Shown one piece after another: positions 1 to 10,949 of a stretch of DNA of 64,000 bases; position 1 is the first letter of the stretch; each line of letters starts with the position of its first letter. The notes under the pieces were generated by a model, which saw only the letters and a program-made list of their open reading frames with translations, had not been told where the DNA came from and did not search any database. The DNA is from Candidatus Poribacteria bacterium (GTDB lineage: Bacteria > Poribacteria > WGA-4E > WGA-3G). The position numbers and the translations under genes were made by a program. Location: assembly GCA_963663765.2 (NCBI GenBank), contig CAXXUA010000005.1, positions 1,632,001-1,696,000 of the forward strand, given 5' to 3'.

Positions 1-106
1 ATACCGTTCGTCAAAAAATCACCGGTGTAGTTCTCTGCATAAGAAGATAGAACAATAAAAAAACAGATTCCAATGAGTCCTATAAGTTTTAGTTTAGTCA
101 AAGATT

Positions 107-970
107 TTATTCCTTATTTAGTTCAAAATTATTCCAGTAATATTGAAATTTCTTAGATTTCCATTTCTTGTATATTTGTTCCCATCCCATACGATTGAAA
201 TGAGGTAGCAGTGAACCTTCCGTGACAGCTTGTGAACAACCTTGATAGCGATAATCTACTGAAAGACGTATTTGGTCAGAAGTTTGATTCGGTAGTGCTT
301 TATGAACAGCATGGCTATGAAAGAATAAAGCATCTCCGATTTCATAATCTCCGGTTACCCAATGCATTCCATCAGCTTCTAAAGGGACGGTGTCTATACC
401 GAGTCCTCCTGCTCCTAATGCAGGTTGCACAGGATAAATACCGAAGCGATGTGATCCAACTAACACAGTCAATCCACCCAATTGATGCGGACAGTACCCA
501 AGTGGTATCCAAGCAGTATATGTCTCCTCTGTACCACGTATATGTATATAATCTTGATGTGCAGGTGTTGTATACTTTGTGTTTTCTGGGAACATAATTC
601 TTCCAATATTCCGCGGATGCACAAGCGTTGTTTCTCCAAACAATTTGTCGCACATATCCAAAATTGCAGGATGATGAGCAAATGCGTGGAAAGATTCAAG
701 GCTTTGGAATTCGTCTAACACGGGCCAATATCCTGCATCACCCTCCATGAACGGACCACCTGTTCGTATGCCTTCAATTAACGCATCTCCCCCTTGCGCC
801 CATCCGTGACGATGGCATATCTCTAAGAAATCATGACGTAAATTGACTACAGATTCTTCATCAATTAATCCACGAAAAAAGAGATACCCATCTGTTTTAG
901 CACGTTCCTGAAGTTTCTTAGGAGTGTCCAACAACACATTTGAAACAGTAAAAGACTCAATCTTACCCAT
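107..970 (-). CDS. Phytanoyl-CoA dioxygenase (PhyH) family Fe(II)/2-oxoglutarate dioxygenase
   Basis: 287 aa; DGYL..RG start, TPAHQD (HxD), TAWIPL, GDALFFHS..VHK..PN, IRLS motifs. Confidence 0.9.
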   Translation of the reverse strand: MGKIESFTVSNVLLDTPKKLQERAKTDGYLFFRGLIDEESVVNLRHDFLEICHRHGWAQGGDALIEGIRTGGPFMEGDAGYWPVLDEFQSLESFHAFAHHPAILDMCDKLFGETTLVHPRNIGRIMFPENTKYTTPAHQDYIHIRGTEETYTAWIPLGYCPHQLGGLTVLVGSHRFGIYPVQPALGAGGLGIDTVPLEADGMHWVTGDYEIGDALFFHSHAVHKALPNQTSDQIRLSVDYRYQGCSQAVTEGSLLPHFNRMGWEQIYKKWKSKKFQYYWNNFELNKE

Positions 971-1299
971 AGTACGTTCCTCGTTTATCTAATAGAATGA
1001 TGATTCTAAATATGTTCTTGCATACAACTGATATTATACCAACAATAAAGAAGATGTGTCAAGTTATAGCGCACACAAGGGTGTGTAAAGTTTTTGCACA
1101 GAGGTGCCAACTTTTTCTTCTCTTTAGTCCCGTAGGGACGCAATGTTTATAGAAGACGTTATCACATCCCCTCTCTTTAGTTCCGTAGGAACGACATAGA
1201 AGGATAAACATATCGTCCCTACGGGACTAAAAAGACGTGGGGATATGTATTTCTATAAACATATCGTCCCTACGGGACTGAAGAATATGGTTAATATTA

Positions 1300-1680
1300 A
1301 CGAGTTGTGCTAAATAACTATATGTTGATCATTGTTTCACATAAGCATCACGTTTTGCAGGTGTCCTTCATAGTTTGAAACGATCTTCAGTCCCGCCAAA
1401 TGCCGTACGGGGAATGCCTTAATGGCATTCATACCGTTGATTTGGCGCATTTGGCGTTGATTTGGTAGGGACGATATGTTTATAGAAAAACGGCATAGCA
1501 CATCCTCTTTAGTCCCGTAGGGACGATATGTTTATAGAAAAACGTCATAGTACATCCTCTTTAGTCCCGACAAATGCCATACGCGCATTTGGCGTTGATT
1601 TGGTAGGGACGATATGTGTGCATTATAAACCTAATATATGTAAAAACTTTAAAAACAATGGGTTAACTGGCACAAGTCGT
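1300..1680 (+). mobile_element. MITE with ACGAGTTGTGC ends carrying GTCCCGTAGGGAC REP units
   Basis: acgagttgtgctaaataac ... gttaactggcacaagtcgt with AATATTA duplicated on both sides; near-identical copy starts at 63695. Confidence 0.75.
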
Positions 1681-1906
1681 AATATTAACAATATTTCTGT
1701 ATATTGACACCTAATGAAGTTTGACAATCAAAATCGGTAGTTGAATTCGTAGGGGTTGGGTTCCCCAACCCGTTGGTTTTTGAGTTTGCGTAGAACATGT
1801 GTGGAAACCACGCACCTACGAATACACAACTTGAACGTCAAAACTCATTAGGACTCTGTGTCCGCAATCTCTCATTTAATCAGTTGCGGCAGGGCACAGA
1901 GACCCG

Positions 1907-2010
1907 GGGAATGCCTAAATGGCATTCATACCGGGGAATGCCAAAAGACATTCATACCCGGGGAATGCCAAAAGGCATTCATACCGTTGATTTCTTGATT
2001 TCTTGATTTC
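1907..2010 (+). repeat. Three nested copies of micro-element A (GGGAATGCC-loop-GGCATTCATACCGTTGATTT)
   Basis: Three hairpin heads followed by three TTGATTTC tails, inside a minus-strand REP (gagacccg|cactac). Confidence 0.8.
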
Positions 2011-2154
2011 GCACTACAATGGAGAGTGGGATGTTTGTGCAAAAACTTTACACACCCCGCACACAGGACCAGGGTTATTCAGTTTTACCCATTTTACCCG
2101 TTTCCTGAGAAAATCGCGACCGGGAGGTCGCTCATACCTGCTTAAGTGTGTAAT

Positions 2155-2326
2155 TATAGTGAAATATACAATTAAGTTTACACCTCTTCTGTAGGCGGGG
2201 AATGCCAATAGGCATTCATACCGTTGATTTCGATCTCCGAATCGCGACTGAACGCCTTGATAGTCGGGAATCGGAGTTCCCTCCTACACCTGAAAGTGTA
2301 AAAATAATTCTAAAATCCACTATAAT
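2155..2326 (+). mobile_element. MITE with TATAGTG...CACTATA ends carrying an inverted REP pair
   Basis: Near-identical copies at ~22750-22956 (+) and ~63496-63692 (-). Confidence 0.75.
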
Positions 2327-2361
2327 ATCAGAATATCCCATTATTAACCCTAAAGTACCCC

Positions 2362-3486
2362 TCAGATCAACTCAACAAAGACCTCATTCGCCAAAAAAAG
2401 TCCGTGCTGAGTAAGACGAAGATATGTCCCGTTCTGCTCTAACACTCCTAAATCAATCCACTTGCCAATTTTATCTCCAAACGCTACTTCAATTTGTTCA
2501 TTGAAACGTCGTGCATAGTCTGCTACACAGATACCCTCGCGCTTCCGAAGTGCCAACATTAAGGTCTCCGCTTTTTCTGCGGCACCCGTAAGATGTTCAG
2601 TCTCCGAGATAGGTTTTTTGTGTTGATTGAGTGCTTCAATGTAAGGTGGGATACCTCGGATATTGGCATAACGGACACCATCAACATACCCACATGCACC
2701 AACACCTAAACCCACATACTCCTGATTATTCCAATAAACAAGGTTGTGTTTCATCTCTCGATTCAGTAGGGCAAAGTTACAGATTTCGTAGTGCAAATAT
2801 CCTTGTAAGGTAAGGGTTTCAATCGTCCATTGGAACATTTCCGCTTCGGTGTCTTCAGAGGGAAGAACCAGTTTACCCGATTTCCATCTGTCATAAAAAG
2901 GTGTAGACTCCTCCATGACCAGATTATATGCAGAGATATGTTCAGGTTCAAGCGAGACCGTCTCCCTTAAGGTAAATTGCCATTGTTCCATTGTTTGATT
3001 TGGCAGTGCAAAGATCAGAACAATGTTGATATTTTCAAAACCACGTTTTCGTGCTAAATGATAACTGTGAAGGAACTCTTTGACAGTATGGATTCTGCCT
3101 AATTGCTGTAATGTCTCATCCTGCATTGCTTGCAAACCGAAGCTTAACCGGTTGACACCAGCACTTATCATCACGTCAAGTTTTTCAATATCAACGGTAT
3201 CAGGATTGCATTCTACTGTGATTTCAACATCAGGACATATTTGGAAATGTTCGTGTATATCAGCAAATAACTGATCTAAAACATTAGCAGAAAGGATAGA
3301 TGGAGTACCGCCGCCGATAAAGATCGTTTTTAATGGAGCGATCTGAGAGGAATATAGGCGCATCTCAGTGCTGAGTATGTTAATATAAACTCTTGCTTGT
3401 TCCTGCTGGTATAAGTAAGTGTTAAAAGCACAATAATAGCACTGCGTCGCACAAAATGGAATGTGGATATAAAGAGAAGAAGGCAT
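2362..3486 (-). CDS. hemW: Radical SAM heme chaperone HemW
   Basis: LYIHIPFCATQCYYC (CxxxCxxC), IGGGTPS, HNLVYW (HNxxYW). Confidence 0.9.
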   Translation of the reverse strand: MPSSLYIHIPFCATQCYYCAFNTYLYQQEQARVYINILSTEMRLYSSQIAPLKTIFIGGGTPSILSANVLDQLFADIHEHFQICPDVEITVECNPDTVDIEKLDVMISAGVNRLSFGLQAMQDETLQQLGRIHTVKEFLHSYHLARKRGFENINIVLIFALPNQTMEQWQFTLRETVSLEPEHISAYNLVMEESTPFYDRWKSGKLVLPSEDTEAEMFQWTIETLTLQGYLHYEICNFALLNREMKHNLVYWNNQEYVGLGVGACGYVDGVRYANIRGIPPYIEALNQHKKPISETEHLTGAAEKAETLMLALRKREGICVADYARRFNEQIEVAFGDKIGKWIDLGVLEQNGTYLRLTQHGLFLANEVFVELI

Positions 3487-3487
3487 C

Positions 3488-4588
3488 TCAATCAAAAGTT
3501 AGTCCTACACGGATGGCAGCCCCTGAATCAGCATAGGAAAATGCATCGTTAATACGGTCAAACGGGAAAGTATCGGAGATAATCTTATGGAACGGATATT
3601 TTTCTTGTGTCCTACACAGAAAATCAAGTGCACGCGGGATCACCCACGGTTCATAAACGATTACACCCCGAATCGCTTTGCTACATCGAACAATATTGCC
3701 AGGGTCAAGCTCGGTTGGAAATCCCAAATTAATGTTTCCAATCCAGAGATAACGTCCTCCCCACCGAAGCATTTCTATACCCTCTGCAAGGACACGCGGA
3801 GAACCAACGAATTCAGATACAAGATCAGCACCAATCCCACCTGTTTGATTCAGAACAAAATCAACACGTTCCCGAAAAGCAAGATCATCTACATTGACCG
3901 TGTAATCAGCACCAAATTCCTCTGCCAGTGTGAGACGTGATGCAAGTCTATCAAGCACGATGACCTTCCCAGCTCCCATTTCTTTCGCTACTGCAGTCGC
4001 ATAAAGACCAAGTCCGCCAGCACCTTGGATAACAACCGTATCCCCAAGTGTAATACCAATTTGATTAAGTCCATAAATAACTTCTGATAAAGCACAATTA
4101 ATCGGAGATACGAGCGAATCTGGCAACTCATCAGGTACTTTAAAGACCCAATGTCCCGCTTTCATGTAGTAGTATTCACCATACGCGCCGTGAAAATGAG
4201 GGTGTTGTTCGCTTGAAACACCAAGCCAATCTCGGTAACGGTTCGGACAACCGGGTTTGCCGTTTAAGCACATCCAACAACGTTGACACGGTTTGAAATA
4301 GGAATAGACGATCCGATCCCCCTCCGTTAGTTGTTGTCCAATGCTGTCAACTATTACATTTCGTCCTAACGCCTCAATGGTACCAATCATTTCATGACCA
4401 AGGACCTGTGGAACGCCGCTTGTTATCTTGGGACCATGTCCACGCCAAAAATGCAAATCAGAACCACAAATATTCGCCATTCGGATCCGCACCAAGATGT
4501 CGTCTGCTGTTACATTAGGCACAGGATATTCACGAATTTCCAATGGTGTTTGGGGTTCTGTGAAGATAGCAACCTTGCCGGTTTTCAT
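3488..4588 (-). CDS. Zinc-binding alcohol dehydrogenase (MDR family)
   Basis: ICGSD, GHE, CxxCxxC, GAGGLG Rossmann motif. Confidence 0.9.
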   Translation of the reverse strand: MKTGKVAIFTEPQTPLEIREYPVPNVTADDILVRIRMANICGSDLHFWRGHGPKITSGVPQVLGHEMIGTIEALGRNVIVDSIGQQLTEGDRIVYSYFKPCQRCWMCLNGKPGCPNRYRDWLGVSSEQHPHFHGAYGEYYYMKAGHWVFKVPDELPDSLVSPINCALSEVIYGLNQIGITLGDTVVIQGAGGLGLYATAVAKEMGAGKVIVLDRLASRLTLAEEFGADYTVNVDDLAFRERVDFVLNQTGGIGADLVSEFVGSPRVLAEGIEMLRWGGRYLWIGNINLGFPTELDPGNIVRCSKAIRGVIVYEPWVIPRALDFLCRTQEKYPFHKIISDTFPFDRINDAFSYADSGAAIRVGLTFD

Positions 4589-4623
4589 GTATAATCACTT
4601 CTGTTTTTGAGTAAGTTCAACCC

Positions 4624-5043
4624 TCAATACTCTCCAAAATTGATAACCTTCCACTGTCCATCGATGTTCTCTGTCGTAATCACAACATTACGAGTATGGG
4701 TTGTTTCGTCATTACGGTTTTTAATCGTCAGTTCGTAGTTGAATGACACGTGCATTACATCCTCAATTTCTGTCGTCGTTTCCTTACCAATTTGTTTATA
4801 GGCAATGTTTGGCATTTCAGGAATAGGATCTGTAGGGGAACGAACTTCATGTAGACGTGCGATTTCGTCATTCAACTTTTCGGTCGCAAGTTCTGCACTT
4901 AACTGAAGGGCTGCTGCTTGATTCGCCAATTTATAGTAATTATATATGAAATCTTCAGTGACTGCTTGCGGAGAATTTCTATTTGAACATGCAATGAATA
5001 TCAGGATGATAAGGAAGAAAAGGAAGGCATATCGGGATTTCAT
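4624..5043 (-). CDS. Hypothetical lipoprotein
   Basis: Hydrophobic signal with IFIAC lipobox; ends GQWKV like NTF2-type small lipoproteins. Confidence 0.7.
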   Translation of the reverse strand: MKSRYAFLFFLIILIFIACSNRNSPQAVTEDFIYNYYKLANQAAALQLSAELATEKLNDEIARLHEVRSPTDPIPEMPNIAYKQIGKETTTEIEDVMHVSFNYELTIKNRNDETTHTRNVVITTENIDGQWKVINFGEY

Positions 5044-5050
5044 GGGGAGG

Positions 5051-6481
5051 TTATTCCCTTTTACGAATCATGGCCACGTTAAAGATGCGACGTTCATAGT
5101 CGTGTGCAGGTCTATTGACAATCTCGCCTAATGCCCACAAAGCAGAAGAACTCCCACCATCAAAATTTATCGCATGTTCTATTCCGAGGTCGTTGAAGAA
5201 ATCAGCCATTTGATAGAGTGTCATGCCTGAACTGTAACTAGATCTTCTGCCATCAACAACGATGAGGAAAAGCTTGTCATCATTAAAACCCAAAGCACTC
5301 CTCGGGTGCCGCTGCGCACCGTTGCTATGACTATAGGCACTACGACCTCCGGTCTGGTGAAACCTAACTAACTCCGGTTCTATTTTACCATCTCGTAATA
5401 GTCGTAAATTGCCGCCAATACCGTTTTGGATCGTCTGCCATTTTTCAGGAGTTAGCGTAATCGTTATTTCGCCTTTGGTAGACTTTCTAATCTTTCTATA
5501 CCATTTGCTACCCAAACGCGGCTCTATCGCAAGAACAACGCCATCTGACGGAATAATACTACTACCACGAGGATTGACAGCAGTGACAACAAAACGACTC
5601 TTGTATTTTCCAGTCAGTGGAAGCTTAAGTTCCTTGAGGATAAATTCATAACAGCGCCGTGTTAAAGTCGTCCGTCCAAAACGAGGGGTGTAAAGCACTA
5701 CCGGCGACAACGAATCACAGATTTGGTTAATCGCATCTATCTTCAACGTATCTTGTCCAACACTAAGTTTTCCATTCAATTGCACTGCATCCAACAGATA
5801 CTCTCCATCAGGTGTAATTCCAAAACTTGTTTCACCCCACGGTGAAGGTGGAGAATAACCCCATCTGTCAAGCAATATCGGTATACTAACAAGTTCACCA
5901 TCCTCAATATAAAGGTTGAACATCATACCGCCGCGACCATAACTATCCCCGCGAATTCCGAAACTTCCGTTAACCCCCGCTAAAGGTTGTAAACCCTTCT
6001 GTCGTAGCCGTCGCGTAGTACCAGTAATCGTTTCACGACCAATAATCTGGGTGTTTGCAAGTTCTACATCAAACTCAAGATTTTTTGAATCACGATCCAT
6101 CTCTGCAACATAAACCGCAGCATGCCCAACCCACCAATACCGATGAAGTTGAAATCCATCAGGCCAACGCTTTCTATCAAGAATATCTATATCTCTAATA
6201 GATTTAGGAAGTGTTTTGTTTGTATCACGCGTTTCAGCTGCAACCGGTTTTTGACGCACTTGCGTAATATCCACTGGATTGGTTTCTGGCGGGGTCTTCT
6301 TAGTCTCAAATTGAATAGAATTTGGAGGCGTATCTATTGAATCAAGCCTTACGGTAGATGGTTGAATCGTTTCGCTTTCAAATAACCGCATAGCATTGAT
6401 GACTAAAATGAATAGTAGAAGCAGAACGCAAATCGTCAGCAGTTTAGGTAATGGACTTCGTTGATGATGTTCTGTATACAT
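5051..6481 (-). CDS. Phosphodiester glycosidase (NAGPA) family protein
   Basis: N-terminal TM helix; VNGSF, RHPRSALG, VVDGR, AINFDGGSS, VNRP motifs; start codon uncertain (ORF open to 6553). Confidence 0.85.
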   Translation of the reverse strand: MYTEHHQRSPLPKLLTICVLLLLFILVINAMRLFESETIQPSTVRLDSIDTPPNSIQFETKKTPPETNPVDITQVRQKPVAAETRDTNKTLPKSIRDIDILDRKRWPDGFQLHRYWWVGHAAVYVAEMDRDSKNLEFDVELANTQIIGRETITGTTRRLRQKGLQPLAGVNGSFGIRGDSYGRGGMMFNLYIEDGELVSIPILLDRWGYSPPSPWGETSFGITPDGEYLLDAVQLNGKLSVGQDTLKIDAINQICDSLSPVVLYTPRFGRTTLTRRCYEFILKELKLPLTGKYKSRFVVTAVNPRGSSIIPSDGVVLAIEPRLGSKWYRKIRKSTKGEITITLTPEKWQTIQNGIGGNLRLLRDGKIEPELVRFHQTGGRSAYSHSNGAQRHPRSALGFNDDKLFLIVVDGRRSSYSSGMTLYQMADFFNDLGIEHAINFDGGSSSALWALGEIVNRPAHDYERRIFNVAMIRKRE

Positions 6482-6729
6482 AGTATTACCCAACTTAGTA
6501 TAAAGGTCGTCGCGTGCAAATATTTGACTCTGAAGAATTCGTGAACCTGACACCGTTCAAATACACAAGGGAAGATAAGTAACCAATTTCACTAATTTTG
6601 TCAGTTACAATTATAACAAAACTAATCGTTTATTGCAATGTGTTTATTACAAGTATCTAAAGGTAGGAGACAAATTTACTTTGACACATAAACAACTCTT
6701 AGCAGGTGGTTATTGCGTTTTGTGGTAAA

Positions 6730-7017
6730 TCATTCAGGTTGTACAGGCTTTACTACCTTGAACTTAATCTCACCCGGTTTAACAAAACCAAGTCTTTTCC
6801 TGACAAGACGTTCCTTTGTCAAGGTATCATTTTTTAACGATTCAACGCGTTCCTTGAGTTTATCACGTCTGTTTTCAAGACCGAGAAGTGCTTTCTGGTA
6901 GCTTGACTCAATGCGCTGTGCATCTTGCCAGTCGTCATAGCCATGCATAAATTGTGTGACACTGAAAACAAGCAATGCTATTGAAATGATCAATAGGATT
7001 ATACGAAAAACCCGCAT
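6730..7017 (-). CDS. ftsB: Septum formation initiator FtsB/DivIC family
   Basis: TM helix, coiled coil, ERLVRKRLGFVKPGE; directly downstream of eno. Confidence 0.8.
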   Translation of the reverse strand: MRVFRIILLIISIALLVFSVTQFMHGYDDWQDAQRIESSYQKALLGLENRRDKLKERVESLKNDTLTKERLVRKRLGFVKPGEIKFKVVKPVQPE

Positions 7018-7080
7018 TAAACTTACCTTTAGATGAATACATCGAAACTGCACAAAAGCAATTCCAATGAAACATGACAA

Positions 7081-8415
<1,335 letters not shown>

Positions 8416-8518
8416 TTACGTTGACTAATACGAAAGTTCTATACCATATTCAATCTTTTAGTCACGACTATTCTTCAATAACATTTCCTTGAATCTACAC
8501 ATAAGTCTTACTTTACCG

Positions 8519-9211
8519 TTATTCCTCAATTACTGCATCTGCAAGCAAATAGGCAGATACCAAAAATACCACACTTGATGCTACCAACATCGTCAACCAA
8601 GAAACATCTTCAATCCCACCGGTACCTAATAGAGATACGCTACATTTTGTACCCGCCATAATAATGGGAATCACAAGGGGGAGAAGGATAACAGAAAGCA
8701 AACTCTCACCACCGCTTGTGCTTGTAGACATACCCGCTAACAACACACCGACAGCACTAAACCCAATAGTACCAATACTCAGCACACCAAGCAGTTTTAG
8801 CAATGTCCGCAAAGACACATCATCAAATAAACCAAAGAATTGAAGTGCTATTGGCGTAATCACAATTTCCAGTAGAAATAGTATGATAACATTACTGACA
8901 ACTTTGGACAAATAGACATTTCCGGCATCAACCCCAGTCAATCGTATCCCGTGCAATGCGCCATGTGTACGTTCTAATGTAAAAGAACGATTCAAGGTTA
9001 TAATTCCTGCAAAAACAAATGCCCCCCAAAGCACACTCGCAGCTAATTTGCCAAGTTCTTTCTCTGATTCTGGAAACTGCGGACCAAACCCAAATGCAAA
9101 AATCAGCACAACAAGGATACTAAACACAAAAATTAATGCCAACGTCTCCTTGGCACGAAATTGTAACCCAAGGTCTTTTCGAATCAACGCTGCAATCTGA
9201 CGGAATACCAT
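8519..9211 (-). CDS. ccmB: Heme exporter permease CcmB
   Basis: Six-TM protein, KDL..QFR, LLPLVIP; follows ccmA. Confidence 0.88.
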   Translation of the reverse strand: MVFRQIAALIRKDLGLQFRAKETLALIFVFSILVVLIFAFGFGPQFPESEKELGKLAASVLWGAFVFAGIITLNRSFTLERTHGALHGIRLTGVDAGNVYLSKVVSNVIILFLLEIVITPIALQFFGLFDDVSLRTLLKLLGVLSIGTIGFSAVGVLLAGMSTSTSGGESLLSVILLPLVIPIIMAGTKCSVSLLGTGGIEDVSWLTMLVASSVVFLVSAYLLADAVIEE

Positions 9212-9220
9212 CTACTTGTC

Positions 9221-9949
9221 TCAATATAAAGAACTACTGTTATGAGGCTGTCTTATCAACCGTTCCTCGTACTTTTGCATTAACGCTTCTCCTGAAATCC
9301 CATCTTTTTGTGCTACCTCCTCCAATTCACCATCTAACATAAAAAGATATCTTGTTCCAACATGATATCCCAGTTCAATATTGTGTGTTGTGATGAGTAT
9401 ACCTTTCCCATTTTGCTGTTCTTGTGCGATTCGTTCCTGCACAAAATGTTTCGCAGCCGCGTCAAGACCAGAAAAGGGTTCATCAAGCAACAATATTGAG
9501 GGACAGTGAAGGAGGGCTTTAGCGATCATAAAACGTTGCGTCATGCCACGTGAAAAGATATGAAGCGGTTCATGTAAAAATCGTTGCAAACCAACTTCAT
9601 TCAGCAGTGCACTACAACGGGTTTCCAATTTTTCAACGCCATACATCTGACCGAAAAACTTTAGATTCTGATATGCTGTCAATGTAGGATACGCCAAATG
9701 CTCATGGATAATAACACCTAACATGCTGCGAACTTTTGCATAATCATCAAATGCATCAGTATCATCAATCTCAAGTTTGCCAGATGTCGGTCGGAGGAGA
9801 GTCGCAAGAATTTTGATTAACGTGGTTTTTCCAGCACCATTAGGACCAAAAATCGCAACAACTTCCCCAGAATTTATTGTAAGGTTAACCTCTTTGACAA
9901 TCGTTCTGTGTCCAAAGTTCTTTGTGATCTGAGAAGCAGAAAGGTGCAT
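9221..9949 (-). CDS. ccmA: Heme ABC exporter ATPase CcmA
   Basis: GPNGAGKTT, FSRGM signature, LLLDEPF, TTH. Confidence 0.88.
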   Translation of the reverse strand: MHLSASQITKNFGHRTIVKEVNLTINSGEVVAIFGPNGAGKTTLIKILATLLRPTSGKLEIDDTDAFDDYAKVRSMLGVIIHEHLAYPTLTAYQNLKFFGQMYGVEKLETRCSALLNEVGLQRFLHEPLHIFSRGMTQRFMIAKALLHCPSILLLDEPFSGLDAAAKHFVQERIAQEQQNGKGILITTHNIELGYHVGTRYLFMLDGELEEVAQKDGISGEALMQKYEERLIRQPHNSSSLY

Positions 9950-9990
9950 AGTATGTAGAAGAAAATTGTGATTATAGTTCTATGCAGTGC

Positions 9991-10021
9991 AAAAAGAAAA
10001 GGGCAGGTTTTCTACCTGCCC
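9991..10021 (-). terminator. Intrinsic terminator after korB
   Basis: gggcaggt/acctgccc stem followed by a U-rich run on the minus strand. Confidence 0.75.
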
Positions 10022-10034
10022 TCGGCATTATGTT

Positions 10035-10931
10035 TTACATCATGCGCTGAACAATTGCGGCACCCTGCTCGGGAGTAATACCCAAAGGTTGATGTGCCAT
10101 AGGACCATGCTCCAATACAGGTTCCATCTGATCTAAGGATTGACGACTTTTATCGTGATAGAATAATCCAAGCTGCGTTTCATGTTCCTCTTTGACCGCT
10201 TGTGCCAATGCGGCAGCTTTATCACTTGTATCATGGTTATCAAGAAAATTGACACGTTCCTTCCAATAATCAAAAATCTTCATTTTTTCTTTTTTCCATG
10301 TTACACACGGACTGATCACATCAATAAAAGCGAATCCTTTGTGTTGCATCCCTTCATACATCAGTTCAGCCAGTTGTGCGCGCTCAGAACTAAATGCTCT
10401 TGCGACAAAAGTAGCTCCCATGACTATTGCCATCGCAACTGGATTTAGAGGAGTCTCTATATTACCAAACGGAGTGCTATAGGTTTGCTCACCAATTTGG
10501 GTTGTCGGAGAAGCTTGACCAACAGTTAACCCATAGATCTCGTTGTTCATCACAACATAAAGTAAGTCTATATTTTTCCGCATTGTATGGAGAAAGTGGT
10601 TCCCACCGATTCCGTATCCATCACCATCACCCCCAGTGACTACAACATTTAACTCGTGGTTTGCGAGTTTTGCACCGGTGGCTACAGCGAGTGAACGCCC
10701 ATGGAGTGTATGCATTCCGTAAGTGCGGATATAACCCGGTAAATTAGAGGAGCACCCGATTCCACTAACGGTGAGATGATCATGATTTCCCCGTTCAGTT
10801 TTTGCGTAAGCGATTTGCAAAGCACTTAGCACAGTAAAATCACCACAACCGGGACACCAGTCAGGGTGTACATCCCCTTTAAAATCTTTTGCTGTAGGAA
10901 CACCTTTGATAGGTCTCTCTTTTTTCGCCAT
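10035..10931 (-). CDS. korB: 2-oxoacid:ferredoxin oxidoreductase beta subunit
   Basis: WCPGCG, GIGCSS, GGDGD TPP motif, SPCVT; AAGGAGG RBS. Confidence 0.93.
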   Translation of the reverse strand: MAKKERPIKGVPTAKDFKGDVHPDWCPGCGDFTVLSALQIAYAKTERGNHDHLTVSGIGCSSNLPGYIRTYGMHTLHGRSLAVATGAKLANHELNVVVTGGDGDGYGIGGNHFLHTMRKNIDLLYVVMNNEIYGLTVGQASPTTQIGEQTYSTPFGNIETPLNPVAMAIVMGATFVARAFSSERAQLAELMYEGMQHKGFAFIDVISPCVTWKKEKMKIFDYWKERVNFLDNHDTSDKAAALAQAVKEEHETQLGLFYHDKSRQSLDQMEPVLEHGPMAHQPLGITPEQGAAIVQRMM

Positions 10932-10949
10932 CTGTCTCATCCTCCTTTG

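Larger units (their letters stand above)
1078..2058. mobile_element. MITE shell (GGGTGTGTAAAGTTTT ends) enclosing nested repeats
   Basis: agggtgtgtaaagtttttgcaca ... tgtgcaaaaactttacacacccc inverted ends flanked by direct GCACACA; a related shell lies at ~22441-22988. Confidence 0.65.

Noticed and set aside
1797-2414. Short ORFs with RGMPKGIHT / GIHTVDF peptides (also near 22609, 25315, 25542, 43350)
   Set aside because: Translations of micro-element A and MITEs, not genes.
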